A stretch of DNA of 64,000 bases from Deltaproteobacteria bacterium. GTDB taxonomy: Bacteria; Desulfobacterota_D; UBA1144; Nemesobacterales; CSP1-2. The notes under the pieces were generated by a model. The model had not been told where the DNA came from, ran no database searches, and saw only the letters and a program-made list of their open reading frames with translations. The position numbers and the translations under genes were made by a program. Positions within the stretch are counted from its first letter, which is position 1; every line of letters starts with the position of its first letter. The stretch lies in NCBI GenBank assembly GCA_052390235.1, contig JBQTHB010000002.1:288001-352000 (forward strand), given 5' to 3'. Below are positions 50,096 through 59,386 of the stretch, piece after piece.

Positions 50096-50869
50096 ATGGC
50101 TATTGGTGTCTGTCCTACATTTTGGCTCGATAAACCGCAAACCGATAGGCTCAAGGCTCTGGCTAGGGCGGGAGGCGACGGCGCGATTGAACTATTGCGC
50201 GGGACTCAACCGGCGCCGCGACCTGGTCAATATGAAGACTTGAGCTTGAAGCTGTATTTCAGCGCTGGGGGTGATCCATCGGGCGGGCCCGATACAATGG
50301 TAGTAACTCTGCTAATTGTAAACCTCGGCGCTGAACCGTTGCTTTTGTCGGAACCCCCCGCTGACCCCTGGGGACAACTCCGCTACGCCCCAGTGGTGAT
50401 GAATCGCCTCGATGCGTTTGATAAACCGCGGGGTTCTGACCGTGTTGGCGACCCCCTGCCATCTGGCTTTGTGAAGCAGGAGAGCTATAGTTGGGACAAA
50501 CATAGCGAGTGGGTACAATTCTGGATTGACCCCGCCCCGATAGACGCCCTAGGAGCGGGCTCGTCGTCGGTCGGGGTATTTCAAATTGTCAAAGATTACG
50601 GGATGTACTCAGGCGCGGGAGGCGCGGTTAAATTATCTAGCTCCGGGCGTTTTGACCACTGCTATATCGGGGGCGAATACAACTATAATAGCGTTAAAAA
50701 CTGCGGCGCTATCGGTATGAAAGACTGCGGCACTGCGCGGGACTTCTTTGATAAATTTGTCGCCGGCGCTGAGCGTTATACCGATACCGATGCCTCAGGC
50801 TCTGGGGCTTACTGCGCTTGCAGTAGCATAAACGGTCCTTTCAACTGTATAACGGCGGTGATTCCATAA
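50096..50869 (+). CDS. Hypothetical Cys-rich beta-type protein (faint actinoporin/aegerolysin-like pattern)
   Basis: GGAGGA RBS; TAATG overlap with the next gene; segments TLLIVNLG..PL and VFQIVKDYGMYSGAGGAVKL. Confidence 0.75.
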   Translation: MAIGVCPTFWLDKPQTDRLKALARAGGDGAIELLRGTQPAPRPGQYEDLSLKLYFSAGGDPSGGPDTMVVTLLIVNLGAEPLLLSEPPADPWGQLRYAPVVMNRLDAFDKPRGSDRVGDPLPSGFVKQESYSWDKHSEWVQFWIDPAPIDALGAGSSSVGVFQIVKDYGMYSGAGGAVKLSSSGRFDHCYIGGEYNYNSVKNCGAIGMKDCGTARDFFDKFVAGAERYTDTDASGSGAYCACSSINGPFNCITAVIP

Positions 50870-52620
50870 TGCCTACAGCTTATCAAGATTCAAAATCGGC
50901 AAAGTTGGCGGAGACAGGGCTTTCTGTCGCCTCGCAAATTGCATGGGTAGTACCCGGCTTAGAGCCTCTGGGGGCGATACTCGGCGCTATAGGCACAATA
51001 GTGGGCGCATCGGATGACTACGACGATGGCCAGCCCAGCAATCAAGACCTCAAAGACGCCATAGACGCGCTACAGGTGGAGATGGAAGCCGAGTGGTTCA
51101 ATAGCCATAAGAATGTCATCTCTGACCTGCGCGACCAGGTTATGGTTGCCGACGTGGCGAATATGACAAATTACGATGAAAATCCGAAGTTCCACTACGC
51201 CAGTGACGGCAAAAACGGCGGCACGGATATTCTAAAGCCCGGCGAAGATCTGCTAAGCGCCCTCACGGACAACAATAGCGATACCCTTCATGCCCTGCGC
51301 GCCCTGTCTAACTATCCCAGTGACAAGGGTCTGGCGGTCAGCAACCTGGGCGTATATATTTTGGGTAGAACTTATTTTCATCTCCAGATTGTGCATCGCC
51401 TGCAGATTTGCAAAGCGGTCTGGACTTATGACGGCTCTACGCACAAGCAGGACAGAGCTATAACCAGTTGGGAGGACTGCGACTACGGTCTGATGGAGCA
51501 ACTCGCCCTGAGCCTTGAGTCCGGTTTGGACTATGCCGAGCCGCTCCTTAAAACTCTCAAAAAGGCATTTCTTGAGCGCCCTCGAAAGGCGCGCGAGCAG
51601 ACACAAAATCTTATAAACAAGCTACAGGCGTTTCCCATTGCGTTTCGTCAGTTCACTGGGGACAACCACCTCGATAAAATCACCGAGGAAGAGGTTGACG
51701 CGCACCTCAAAACTGTCTTTGAATGGAGAAAAACCCTAGCGCTCAAATGCCGCAAACCATACAAAGACGAGAAATGGGTCGGGCAGACACCCCTGCAGTT
51801 CCTCTTTGAATCGGACGTCAACGGCGATACTGTCGGAGGGCTGGAGAATACCAAACTGCTCGACGGCAAAATTGCCGCGCAGTGCGCCGGAATCAACAGC
51901 GGTAACTTGGGAGGGCCGGGGACGTTTGCCTATTATCAGATTGACGATGCCGATCCCGAATTTAAACGAGCCCTCGCTGCTGCCGGACAGCTCGACGGTA
52001 TCAATCTGGCGATGCGCGAGAGCTATGACCGTATCTTCGGCAAAGGCCGCTGGCAGGCTGATAGAGATTTGCAATTGCCCGTTGAGCATTACGACACTAT
52101 GATTTCAATGATGGCCCTGCTTGAGCCTTCCGCCGGACACATAGGCTCTGATGTGCAGGCGCTTATCTATTCATTTGGGCCAAGACCCGAGTCCATGAAC
52201 ATTGCCCCCGCAGGCGATGGAACCCAACTGGGAGACAGGTTCTACCCCGCTGGCTGGGCGGGTATTGCCGACATTTATGAAAAGCTCTACTACGACGCAT
52301 TGCAGAAACTCGCCAATTGGAACAAGCGGGCGGCGGCTAAGGATTCGACAATAAAGCCGTTCTCGGCATTCAGAATCAAATTGCTCGCCTGCGGCAACGC
52401 CCCCGCGGATGACGCGGTTCTCGCTCAAGCCTGCGAGCGTATTTTGCGCGGTCTCCAGAACGCCGCAAAGGATTACCCCGATGCCGCAGACATTGTAATT
52501 ATCGTAGGAGGAGACCCCGCCCGACGCGCCATTACCGCCGCCGCCATCAAGGAATTCAGTGTAGAGGTTAATATGCGCGGTTTTCAGCTGCCAATACCAA
52601 ATCACGAAGAAAAAAAATAG
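50869..52620 (+). CDS. Hypothetical protein: N-terminal hydrophobic hairpin and helical region, C-terminal degenerate macrodomain-like domain
   Basis: GLSVASQIAWVVPGLEPLGAILGAIGTIVG; C-terminal domain aligns by eye with that of 52634-54787. Confidence 0.8.
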   Translation: MPTAYQDSKSAKLAETGLSVASQIAWVVPGLEPLGAILGAIGTIVGASDDYDDGQPSNQDLKDAIDALQVEMEAEWFNSHKNVISDLRDQVMVADVANMTNYDENPKFHYASDGKNGGTDILKPGEDLLSALTDNNSDTLHALRALSNYPSDKGLAVSNLGVYILGRTYFHLQIVHRLQICKAVWTYDGSTHKQDRAITSWEDCDYGLMEQLALSLESGLDYAEPLLKTLKKAFLERPRKAREQTQNLINKLQAFPIAFRQFTGDNHLDKITEEEVDAHLKTVFEWRKTLALKCRKPYKDEKWVGQTPLQFLFESDVNGDTVGGLENTKLLDGKIAAQCAGINSGNLGGPGTFAYYQIDDADPEFKRALAAAGQLDGINLAMRESYDRIFGKGRWQADRDLQLPVEHYDTMISMMALLEPSAGHIGSDVQALIYSFGPRPESMNIAPAGDGTQLGDRFYPAGWAGIADIYEKLYYDALQKLANWNKRAAAKDSTIKPFSAFRIKLLACGNAPADDAVLAQACERILRGLQNAAKDYPDAADIVIIVGGDPARRAITAAAIKEFSVEVNMRGFQLPIPNHEEKK

Positions 52621-52633
52621 GAGGAGCGTTTCG

Positions 52634-54787
52634 ATGCCAAAGCACGGTGAACATGAACACGAAGAAGACCCAAAGAAGTCCGAAAAACGCGGAAAGGATC
52701 GAGTAGGGCGGCGCGAGCCTTCGGAGGGGCGGGACCCGAATCATCCGAGCAAAGAAGACCCCAATAAAACCACAAAGATAGCAGGCGAGATAAACGACCC
52801 TGGCAATGACAATGACCCCCCAGCCGCCAATCCTATCACCGGAAATGGGGAATATCAGATAGTCTCTAAAGCTCTTCATCGGGATGGAGGAGTGGATCCG
52901 CAATTCGCCGCAGTGGCGCCGGTAAGAGGTTGCGTAGACGCCGCTCATATCTACGAGCAGACAGGTGATGTTCTGGATGCGGCCGGGAGGCTAGGCTTAG
53001 ATCCGCAATTCGTCGCAGGTAGCCAAGGCGTGTATGATGTGGTCAGTGGAGTGCTAAATGATCCCAATCTAGAAAATGACGACCAGAAACGACAGGCGCT
53101 GATAGATGCAGGTTATAGCCTTGCGACGGCGCCCATCAATCGGGAAGGTGTTTACTCGGACAATGGGTTTGTTGAGAGGGTCGCGCAGCAGGGCATTGAT
53201 GATGACGAGCCTAGAGACACCAATAAAAAGCCTAAGGATGACAAGCCTCAAAACCCCGTGAGAAATAGAAAAGATAGAGAAAAGGGGGCAGAGAGTTGTC
53301 TCAACGTTATACTTGACCACCCTAAACGTTTTACCCTTGGCGCGGCGCTTGTGGGATTGCTTATTACCGTCATCGCCACCATTTCAGCGCTGCTCTCGCC
53401 GAAAGATAAAAAATCAGATGATAAAAAAGATGATGATGAAACTAAAGACCCGCCGACTGTTGACCCGGCATGGCAGGTTTTGCTCGATAAGGACAAGAAA
53501 GGCGACTTAGTGGCAGAGGTACAGAAGTGTCTTACGGATCTGCAGAAACGCGACGAGGCGGCGTATTGGCAGTCGTTAATTAGCGAAGTTGAGGACGGCA
53601 CTCTGGAATGTTTGTCCCCGGAGGGCGCGGGCGCAAAAAAAACCTCGCGTATGCCTTACGAAATTCAACAGTTGGTTGTCGGATTTATGTTTGAATTGCA
53701 GAAAAAATCCGATGGACAGCAGAATATGTTTGAAGTTAAAGACGGCGAAACGAGAGAGGAAGCCGTCAACCGCGCGCGCGGCTCGGTGAAACCGCCTTTC
53801 CCTGTCAATAGGCCTTCCGAAGGCGCAGACCCCGACCCTGTCCCGATGTGGCAGGCAATAGCCGATATGAAGACCCTGAAGGGGAGCGATATGGGTCGCC
53901 GCAACAGGCTTCTCATCCTGCGCAGTATCCTAGCTTCCTATTTAGCGGATAAACCGGCGGCGACGACAGCCAATAATTCAATCAAGGGTGAAATGACTTT
54001 TCTATTCGAGACCTCGCCCTCAGGCGGCTGGATGCCCATTGCGGATAACTCTAAATTAGTCGAAGGCAATATCGCCACCCAGAACGCGGGAAGCATAAAC
54101 TCGGACATTTACTATCAAGTGGGCGGCGGAGGGCTTAATGGTATCCTTGCCGACGCGCTGACCGGACAGCTCGATGAAGTAAACTCCGTGCTGAAAAAGT
54201 CCTACGACAATATCTACGGCGCGGGCGAGTGGACTAAGGACTCCGCGCATCCGCGTAGCGACCGGCTAACCTCGATACTCGTCGAATTAGTCCCCGGAAA
54301 GGGCGATATAGCCTCCAAGGTAAGCGGGATGATGTACTCTGTCGGACCCATTCTAGGTAAGCAGGGGATTACCGACGAGCCGCAGTACAGGGAAATTTAT
54401 GCTGACGCCCTGTTTGCTCTAGCGGCGTGGAACGAGGAATCCGACACCGCAAAAGGCGATTTTCCCATCGGCGCGCTACGCATTACAATGCTGTCCTGCG
54501 GTATTTACGGCGCTGTGGTGTCCGACGTGAACGCGCTGGGGATTACATCGGCGAGGTGTATCATACAGGGACTGTGCGCCGCCGCATTAGACCCCGCCTG
54601 CCTAGCCGCCGCGAAAACCGTTATTTTAGTTAACGTGAATGATAAAGACATCGTGAAAGGAGACCATCGCCCATTTAAAGAGCGCTGGGCTTTCACTCAA
54701 GCCGCGGAGCAACTAGGGGCGACAGTAACAGCTAAGGGATTCACCGTTGACCCCTCGAAAGTCTCTGGGAAGTCGGCAGGGGGGTAG
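52634..54787 (+). CDS. Hypothetical protein: charged N-terminus, single TM helix, C-terminal macrodomain-like domain
   Basis: TQNAG...VGGGGLNGIL, YSVGP, Y..AL, LRITMLSCGIYG; TM FTLGAALVGLLITVIATISALL; GGAGGAG RBS. Confidence 0.82.
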   Translation: MPKHGEHEHEEDPKKSEKRGKDRVGRREPSEGRDPNHPSKEDPNKTTKIAGEINDPGNDNDPPAANPITGNGEYQIVSKALHRDGGVDPQFAAVAPVRGCVDAAHIYEQTGDVLDAAGRLGLDPQFVAGSQGVYDVVSGVLNDPNLENDDQKRQALIDAGYSLATAPINREGVYSDNGFVERVAQQGIDDDEPRDTNKKPKDDKPQNPVRNRKDREKGAESCLNVILDHPKRFTLGAALVGLLITVIATISALLSPKDKKSDDKKDDDETKDPPTVDPAWQVLLDKDKKGDLVAEVQKCLTDLQKRDEAAYWQSLISEVEDGTLECLSPEGAGAKKTSRMPYEIQQLVVGFMFELQKKSDGQQNMFEVKDGETREEAVNRARGSVKPPFPVNRPSEGADPDPVPMWQAIADMKTLKGSDMGRRNRLLILRSILASYLADKPAATTANNSIKGEMTFLFETSPSGGWMPIADNSKLVEGNIATQNAGSINSDIYYQVGGGGLNGILADALTGQLDEVNSVLKKSYDNIYGAGEWTKDSAHPRSDRLTSILVELVPGKGDIASKVSGMMYSVGPILGKQGITDEPQYREIYADALFALAAWNEESDTAKGDFPIGALRITMLSCGIYGAVVSDVNALGITSARCIIQGLCAAALDPACLAAAKTVILVNVNDKDIVKGDHRPFKERWAFTQAAEQLGATVTAKGFTVDPSKVSGKSAGG

Positions 54788-54837
54788 CTTATTCTCGGCG
54801 GCTCTAATTTGGGGGAATTTATCCCTCGACGTAGTGT

Positions 54838-55195
54838 AAAGTGAGCGGAGTCGAACTACTCAGGGTGAAGATGAGATGGATTCCCGCTCTGAAGACTGCG
54901 GGAATGACAAACGAGCTTCTGCCATTCCGAGTCCCATTCTTGTCATTCCGAGCGATAGCGAGAAATCCTGAATTAGATTCCTCATACAGAGCCTCATTCC
55001 TGTCATTCTCACGAAAGTGAGAATCCATAGTTCGACTCCGCTCAGGGTGAAGATGAAATGGATTCCCGCTCTGAAGACTGCGGGAATGACAAACGAGCTT
55101 CTGCCATTCCGAGTCCTATTCCCGTCATTCCAAACGCACAGAGAAATCTTATTGGGATTTATTGCCATTCGACTCATACTGAGCGGAGTCGAGGC
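54838..55195. repeat. Composite REP-like cluster with internal tandem duplication
   Basis: CTCAGGGTGAAGATGA.ATGGATTCCCGCTCTGAAGACTGCGGGAATGACAAACGAGCTTCTGCCATTCCGAGTCC twice; GAGCGGAGTCGA motifs. Confidence 0.88.
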
Positions 55196-55206
55196 TGGGC
55201 GATAAA

Positions 55207-55851
55207 TTATATCGGCTTGGCAACCACAATCGCTCTTAGCTGTCCCCCGAAGGGCAGATGAAGCTCGGTTGTGCCAACGAGCGAGTACCTATCCGACTGG
55301 GGAGCGGCTTCGTCCCATTCCTCTCTTCCCCTCGCCCCTCTCATGAGAATTATCCGCCCTCCGCGGGCCAAGTACGGCGCGCTCAAATCGAGAAGCTCCC
55401 CGACGCTTCCCACGGCTCTTGAGACGACGTAGTTGAAATTTCCCCTCGGCAGTCCGTTATTTTCGTCCTCGGCGCGGCAGCGCAGGGCATGGGCTCCCTC
55501 AATTCCGAGCTTTCTTATCGCCTCTTTAAGAAAAAAACTCTTTTTCTCCACCGAGTCAATTAACGTAACGCGCAGGCGCGGCAGGGCGATTTTAAGCGCA
55601 AGCCCCGGAAACCCTCCTCCTGAACCAATGTCCAGCAGTCTTGAATCTGCGCCTATGAATGGGATTACCGTGAGCGAGTCTATGAAATGCAGGACGGCTA
55701 TCTCTATATCGTCTTCAATCGAGGTGAGATTAATGCGCTTGTTCCAGAATTTAAGCAGTTCCAGATAGGCGAGGAATTGCCCAATTTGGGTATCCCCTAG
55801 CTCAACCCCAAGCTCCCCCGCGCTTTCCCTTAAAATGTCCTCTACTCTCAA
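55207..55851 (-). CDS. rsmG: 16S rRNA m7G527 methyltransferase
   Basis: WNKRINLTSI, HFIDSL, DIGSGGGFPG, RAE, VSRAV. Confidence 0.95.
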   Translation of the reverse strand: MRVEDILRESAGELGVELGDTQIGQFLAYLELLKFWNKRINLTSIEDDIEIAVLHFIDSLTVIPFIGADSRLLDIGSGGGFPGLALKIALPRLRVTLIDSVEKKSFFLKEAIRKLGIEGAHALRCRAEDENNGLPRGNFNYVVSRAVGSVGELLDLSAPYLARGGRIILMRGARGREEWDEAAPQSDRYSLVGTTELHLPFGGQLRAIVVAKPI

Positions 55852-56705
55852 TTCGCTATCCTGAGTACAATGGGGTGTCCGGCGGTGATTTGTGGCACTC
55901 CTCTGTAGATTTTCACCCTGCCTATGACCTCGACCTCTCTGCCCTTGTAATACTCCTCAGGCGTGATACCGAAGTGCGCGAAATTATCCCAATCCCCTGA
56001 GAAGATGATAATGTCTGCCTCGCCCTCCAAGCTCAGTCTTATCACTTTCGGGGATTTCGTGGCGGCTGTGATTTTGCCCCTTATGACCGCTCTTTTATTC
56101 ACATAGCGCGCCGCCTCGGATGGGGTTATCGAGTAATTTGCGTTCTCCGCCGGATATTGATACGTCGCTGGATTTGCCCAAATTCCCTTTCCGACTCGCT
56201 TTGCCTCGGCTTCAGCCTCGTTCATCTCTCGCTCGTATTTATTGTTAGGCTTGATAACGAGAACTTTAGCCAGTCCCCTCTTAATTAATTCGCGGTTCAC
56301 GAAAACCCCGTCCGAATAGACGTAGGCGAGCATCCTGCCGTAGTGGTCGAATTTCTCTTTGTCGAATTCGAGAGTTACCCTTTTACCCTCGATGAGGGTT
56401 TTGGTGAGATTTTTCGCCTCCTGCGAGAATGGGTCTGCCGCTGACCCCGCTCTGCCGACCTCCGGCGTGTCAATGAGGAGAAATCTAAGAGTCGTATCCA
56501 CCCCCGCGAGCGCGACCGTATCCCCGTCTATAACCTCTGAAACTGTGTATTCGTCTCCCTCTATCGCCGTTGCAACCGAAGGGCTTTCGGCGGGCTTTTC
56601 CCCTCCTGAATCGCTCTGGGAATAGACTGTGAGAACAATCACGGCGATGGATAAAATGACCGATAAACCCTTGTGGCGCTTGAGAAATCCCGATTTTTGA
56701 AGCAT
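55848..56705 (-). CDS. Membrane-anchored thermonuclease (SNase) family protein with OB-like tail
   Basis: VIDGDT, LRFLLIDTPE, DHYGRMLAYV, AEAEAK....GIW; start uncertain. Confidence 0.88.
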   Translation of the reverse strand: MLQKSGFLKRHKGLSVILSIAVIVLTVYSQSDSGGEKPAESPSVATAIEGDEYTVSEVIDGDTVALAGVDTTLRFLLIDTPEVGRAGSAADPFSQEAKNLTKTLIEGKRVTLEFDKEKFDHYGRMLAYVYSDGVFVNRELIKRGLAKVLVIKPNNKYEREMNEAEAEAKRVGKGIWANPATYQYPAENANYSITPSEAARYVNKRAVIRGKITAATKSPKVIRLSLEGEADIIIFSGDWDNFAHFGITPEEYYKGREVEVIGRVKIYRGVPQITAGHPIVLRIAN

Positions 56706-56781
56706 TCTAAGCGCGTCAGCCGAACTTGACCCTCTGCGTCCCATTTTGTGATACCCCTCAAATTTTGTATCAATTATACTA

Positions 56782-57984
56782 CTAACGCGCCTCAAATTCA
56801 TCTTCGCCCGCCCCCGCTCCAACTCTCCTCAGCAGAACGCTCGCGTAGCTCCCCGGGGGCAGCGTGAAAGAGAGGGATAATTTCATCCTCTGCGGGTAGA
56901 GTTCGTCGGCTTGGGGCTCAAAAATCTGCATCTCGCCTGGACGGGCGATGAGTTCTCTGCTGGCGGATTTGAAAAATGTGGCTTTAACCCCGCCGAGCTT
57001 AAACTGCGCTGGCGTTATTCCCTCGCGCTCTAAAATTGCCTCGGATACGGCTCTAATCTCTCCGTCAGCGACGGCAGATTTATGGTCTAGGAGTGGAATC
57101 TGCGCCCTGCCAAGCCGAGTTGCCTGCGCCTCGCTTAGTTTGCGGTAGAAAACCATCTCGCCGGCAAAGCACTTGAATCTAATGAAACTGTCCGCCCCTT
57201 CGAGGGTTTTCTCAATAAAATGAGCCGCCGTCTCGTTCCACAGATAGCTCTGATACGCCGCGAGATATAGATGAAGCATCCGCCGGGGAATCAAATTTAC
57301 CGCCCGCTCAAAATCGCGGGGGTATCGCTTGAGGTGAAGAAAAATCTCTCTATCAACGGGACTTGCGGCAGATTTCAGGCACGCGTCCCAATCGCCCCAA
57401 TTCTCGCGGATGGACTCGCGCTCTTCTCTCACCGCCGCCTTGTCTTCGCCGGAGGATGAGGCGAGTAGGATTTTCAGCGCGCCGCCGCAATCCCCCCGCA
57501 TGAGGGATTTGGCTATGAACCCCGCGCCTGCGCGCGCCGAGCCGAATCTCTGCTCGCCAAAATAATTGACGAATCCAAACTCCGCCGCCTCGCCTAGCAT
57601 CCCGGCGATTTCGGTGGTTTGCCGACTATCTAATAAATGTCTGAGGGTGATTTTGAATCTGTTGCCGAGTAGCCGGCTTGATGTGATGGGGTCGTCAGCC
57701 CTGCCAAGCGGGGTGAGGGTGAAATTTCTCTCGCGGATTTCCTGCAGTTTCCCGCCCCGAACGCTGAGGTACTGAGAGGTCAGGGCGTACTTATCCTTGA
57801 TGCCGGCAAAGCTAATGTCCCCGTCCCGAATCCTGTGCCGCCCGGCGAGGATACTCACAACATCAAGCGTAGAGAGGTTTCTCTTATCGAGCCTAAATAC
57901 CGCGAACCCTCCTGCCGCCTGTAACTCCGGCAGGGTTAAAATCTCGTCCACGATGAAATCCTCAGGGGTTGCCTTGACCTTCAT
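56782..57984 (-). CDS. truD: tRNA pseudouridine(13) synthase
   Basis: PEDFIVDE, FAGIKDKYALT.Q, GNRF.I.LR, NYFGEQRFG, AYQSYLWN, LPPGSYA. Confidence 0.94.
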   Translation of the reverse strand: MKVKATPEDFIVDEILTLPELQAAGGFAVFRLDKRNLSTLDVVSILAGRHRIRDGDISFAGIKDKYALTSQYLSVRGGKLQEIRERNFTLTPLGRADDPITSSRLLGNRFKITLRHLLDSRQTTEIAGMLGEAAEFGFVNYFGEQRFGSARAGAGFIAKSLMRGDCGGALKILLASSSGEDKAAVREERESIRENWGDWDACLKSAASPVDREIFLHLKRYPRDFERAVNLIPRRMLHLYLAAYQSYLWNETAAHFIEKTLEGADSFIRFKCFAGEMVFYRKLSEAQATRLGRAQIPLLDHKSAVADGEIRAVSEAILEREGITPAQFKLGGVKATFFKSASRELIARPGEMQIFEPQADELYPQRMKLSLSFTLPPGSYASVLLRRVGAGAGEDEFEAR

Positions 57985-58783
57985 CGCCGCTCTCCTCGGT
58001 TTCGCTAACCTGAATCGAGACATTCGATTTCCTGGCGAACGTGAGAAACCCCGTATGGCTGACCATTCTCTCAAGGGGTCTCGTCTTGCCCGTGCGGGCT
58101 AGAATGACGCGGGCTAGGATTTCTTCGCTTTCGAGATAGACAAATCCGTGTTCGGCAAGGGACTCGGCGGTTTTTTCCACCTGATTGAACGTCGGCGAGA
58201 GGCTTGCAATCCTCCCTCCGCCCCTGAGGGCGCGGGCAGCGGCTGGCACTCCCTCCCACGGAGATGGCAGATCCAACACCGCAACGTCCACTTCGGTCTC
58301 GTCGAACCCGTCGGAAACCTCTCGGAGTTTAAATTCGACATATTCGCCGAAGCCTGCGTCCTCGATATTTTTCTTCGCGTTTAGGAGAAATTCCTCGCGC
58401 CTGTCGTAGGTATAAACCCTGCCCGTCGGGGCTACGGCGTTGGCAAGGGCTATCGTGAGCGAGCCTGAGCCAGAGCCGCACTCGACGACGCGCATACCGC
58501 TTCGGATTCCGGTTTTCATGAGGATTATCGCCGCGTCTTTGGGGTAGATTATCTGGGTTTTCCTGCGCACTTTCATCATGCGGTCTTCGAGGGTCGGCTC
58601 AAGCAGGATGAACGGCTTTCCCATCTGAGTCTCTACGGCATCGCCGAAATTTTTGCCCAGCGCGTCGCCAAGGCGGACGTTGCCAAGATGCGTGCCAAAG
58701 ACCTTATCCTCGCCCGCTTTTACGAGATAGGTTTTTCTGTCCGGGGAAAGAAGTAAAACGTAGTCGCCTGATTTTATCTCCAT
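57962..58783 (-). CDS. trmI: tRNA (adenine-N1) methyltransferase (TrmI/GCD14)
   Basis: TQIIYPKD, ECGSGSGSL, LDLPSPW, SHTGFL. Confidence 0.93.
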   Translation of the reverse strand: MEIKSGDYVLLLSPDRKTYLVKAGEDKVFGTHLGNVRLGDALGKNFGDAVETQMGKPFILLEPTLEDRMMKVRRKTQIIYPKDAAIILMKTGIRSGMRVVECGSGSGSLTIALANAVAPTGRVYTYDRREEFLLNAKKNIEDAGFGEYVEFKLREVSDGFDETEVDVAVLDLPSPWEGVPAAARALRGGGRIASLSPTFNQVEKTAESLAEHGFVYLESEEILARVILARTGKTRPLERMVSHTGFLTFARKSNVSIQVSETEESGDEGQGNP

Positions 58784-58921
58784 TGCGCTCGGAATGGTAA
58801 ACCACAAATCGGGATTAGACAAGCCTCGCCGACGCAATAGGGGCGGTGTGCCTTGTGCTATACTCATTGCCGGACGCGGGCAAAACGCGCGCTCCTAAAT
58901 ATATTAAGGAGGAATTGACGA

Positions 58922-59386
58922 ATGTCCGATATGCTTAAGGTCGGCGATGCAGCCCCCGAAATTCAAGCCCTAACATACGGGGGAGAGACGATAAAGCTCA
59001 GCGATTTTGCGAATAAAAAAATCGTAGCCCTCTACTTCTACCCCAAGGACAACACCCCCGGATGCACAAAGCAGGCCTGCTCCCTTCGCGACGGCTCTGA
59101 GTTGCTCGAATCCCTAGGGGTTCAGCCCATTGGCGTGAGTACAGACGGAGTGAAATCCCACGAGAGTTTTAGGGATAAATACTCGCTCAATTTTCCGCTT
59201 CTCAGCGATAGTGATAAGACTATTGTCGGGGCTTACGGCGCGCAAAGCGATTCTGGCTCTGCGCGCAGGGTTACATTTCTCATTGATAAATCCGGCATAA
59301 TTCGCCATATCTGGGAGAAGGTCAACGCCTCTGGCCACGCCGATGAGGTCGCATCGAAGGTCAAGGAGCTTGGCATAGCCCGATGA
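58922..59386 (+). CDS. bcp: Peroxiredoxin BCP
   Basis: YFYPKDNTPGCTKQAC, FPLLSD, RVTFLID. Confidence 0.94.
   Translation: MSDMLKVGDAAPEIQALTYGGETIKLSDFANKKIVALYFYPKDNTPGCTKQACSLRDGSELLESLGVQPIGVSTDGVKSHESFRDKYSLNFPLLSDSDKTIVGAYGAQSDSGSARRVTFLIDKSGIIRHIWEKVNASGHADEVASKVKELGIAR

Noticed and set aside
50869..54787. Assignment to Thoeris or DarTG
   Set aside because: No TIR, SIR2 or DarT-like ADP-ribosyltransferase gene recognised nearby, and the domain architecture differs
38868..55177. Small ORFs at 38868-39218, 54819-55028 and 54860-55177 sharing MDSHFRENDRNE or VIPAV.RAGIH
   Set aside because: Translations of the REP-like composite repeats
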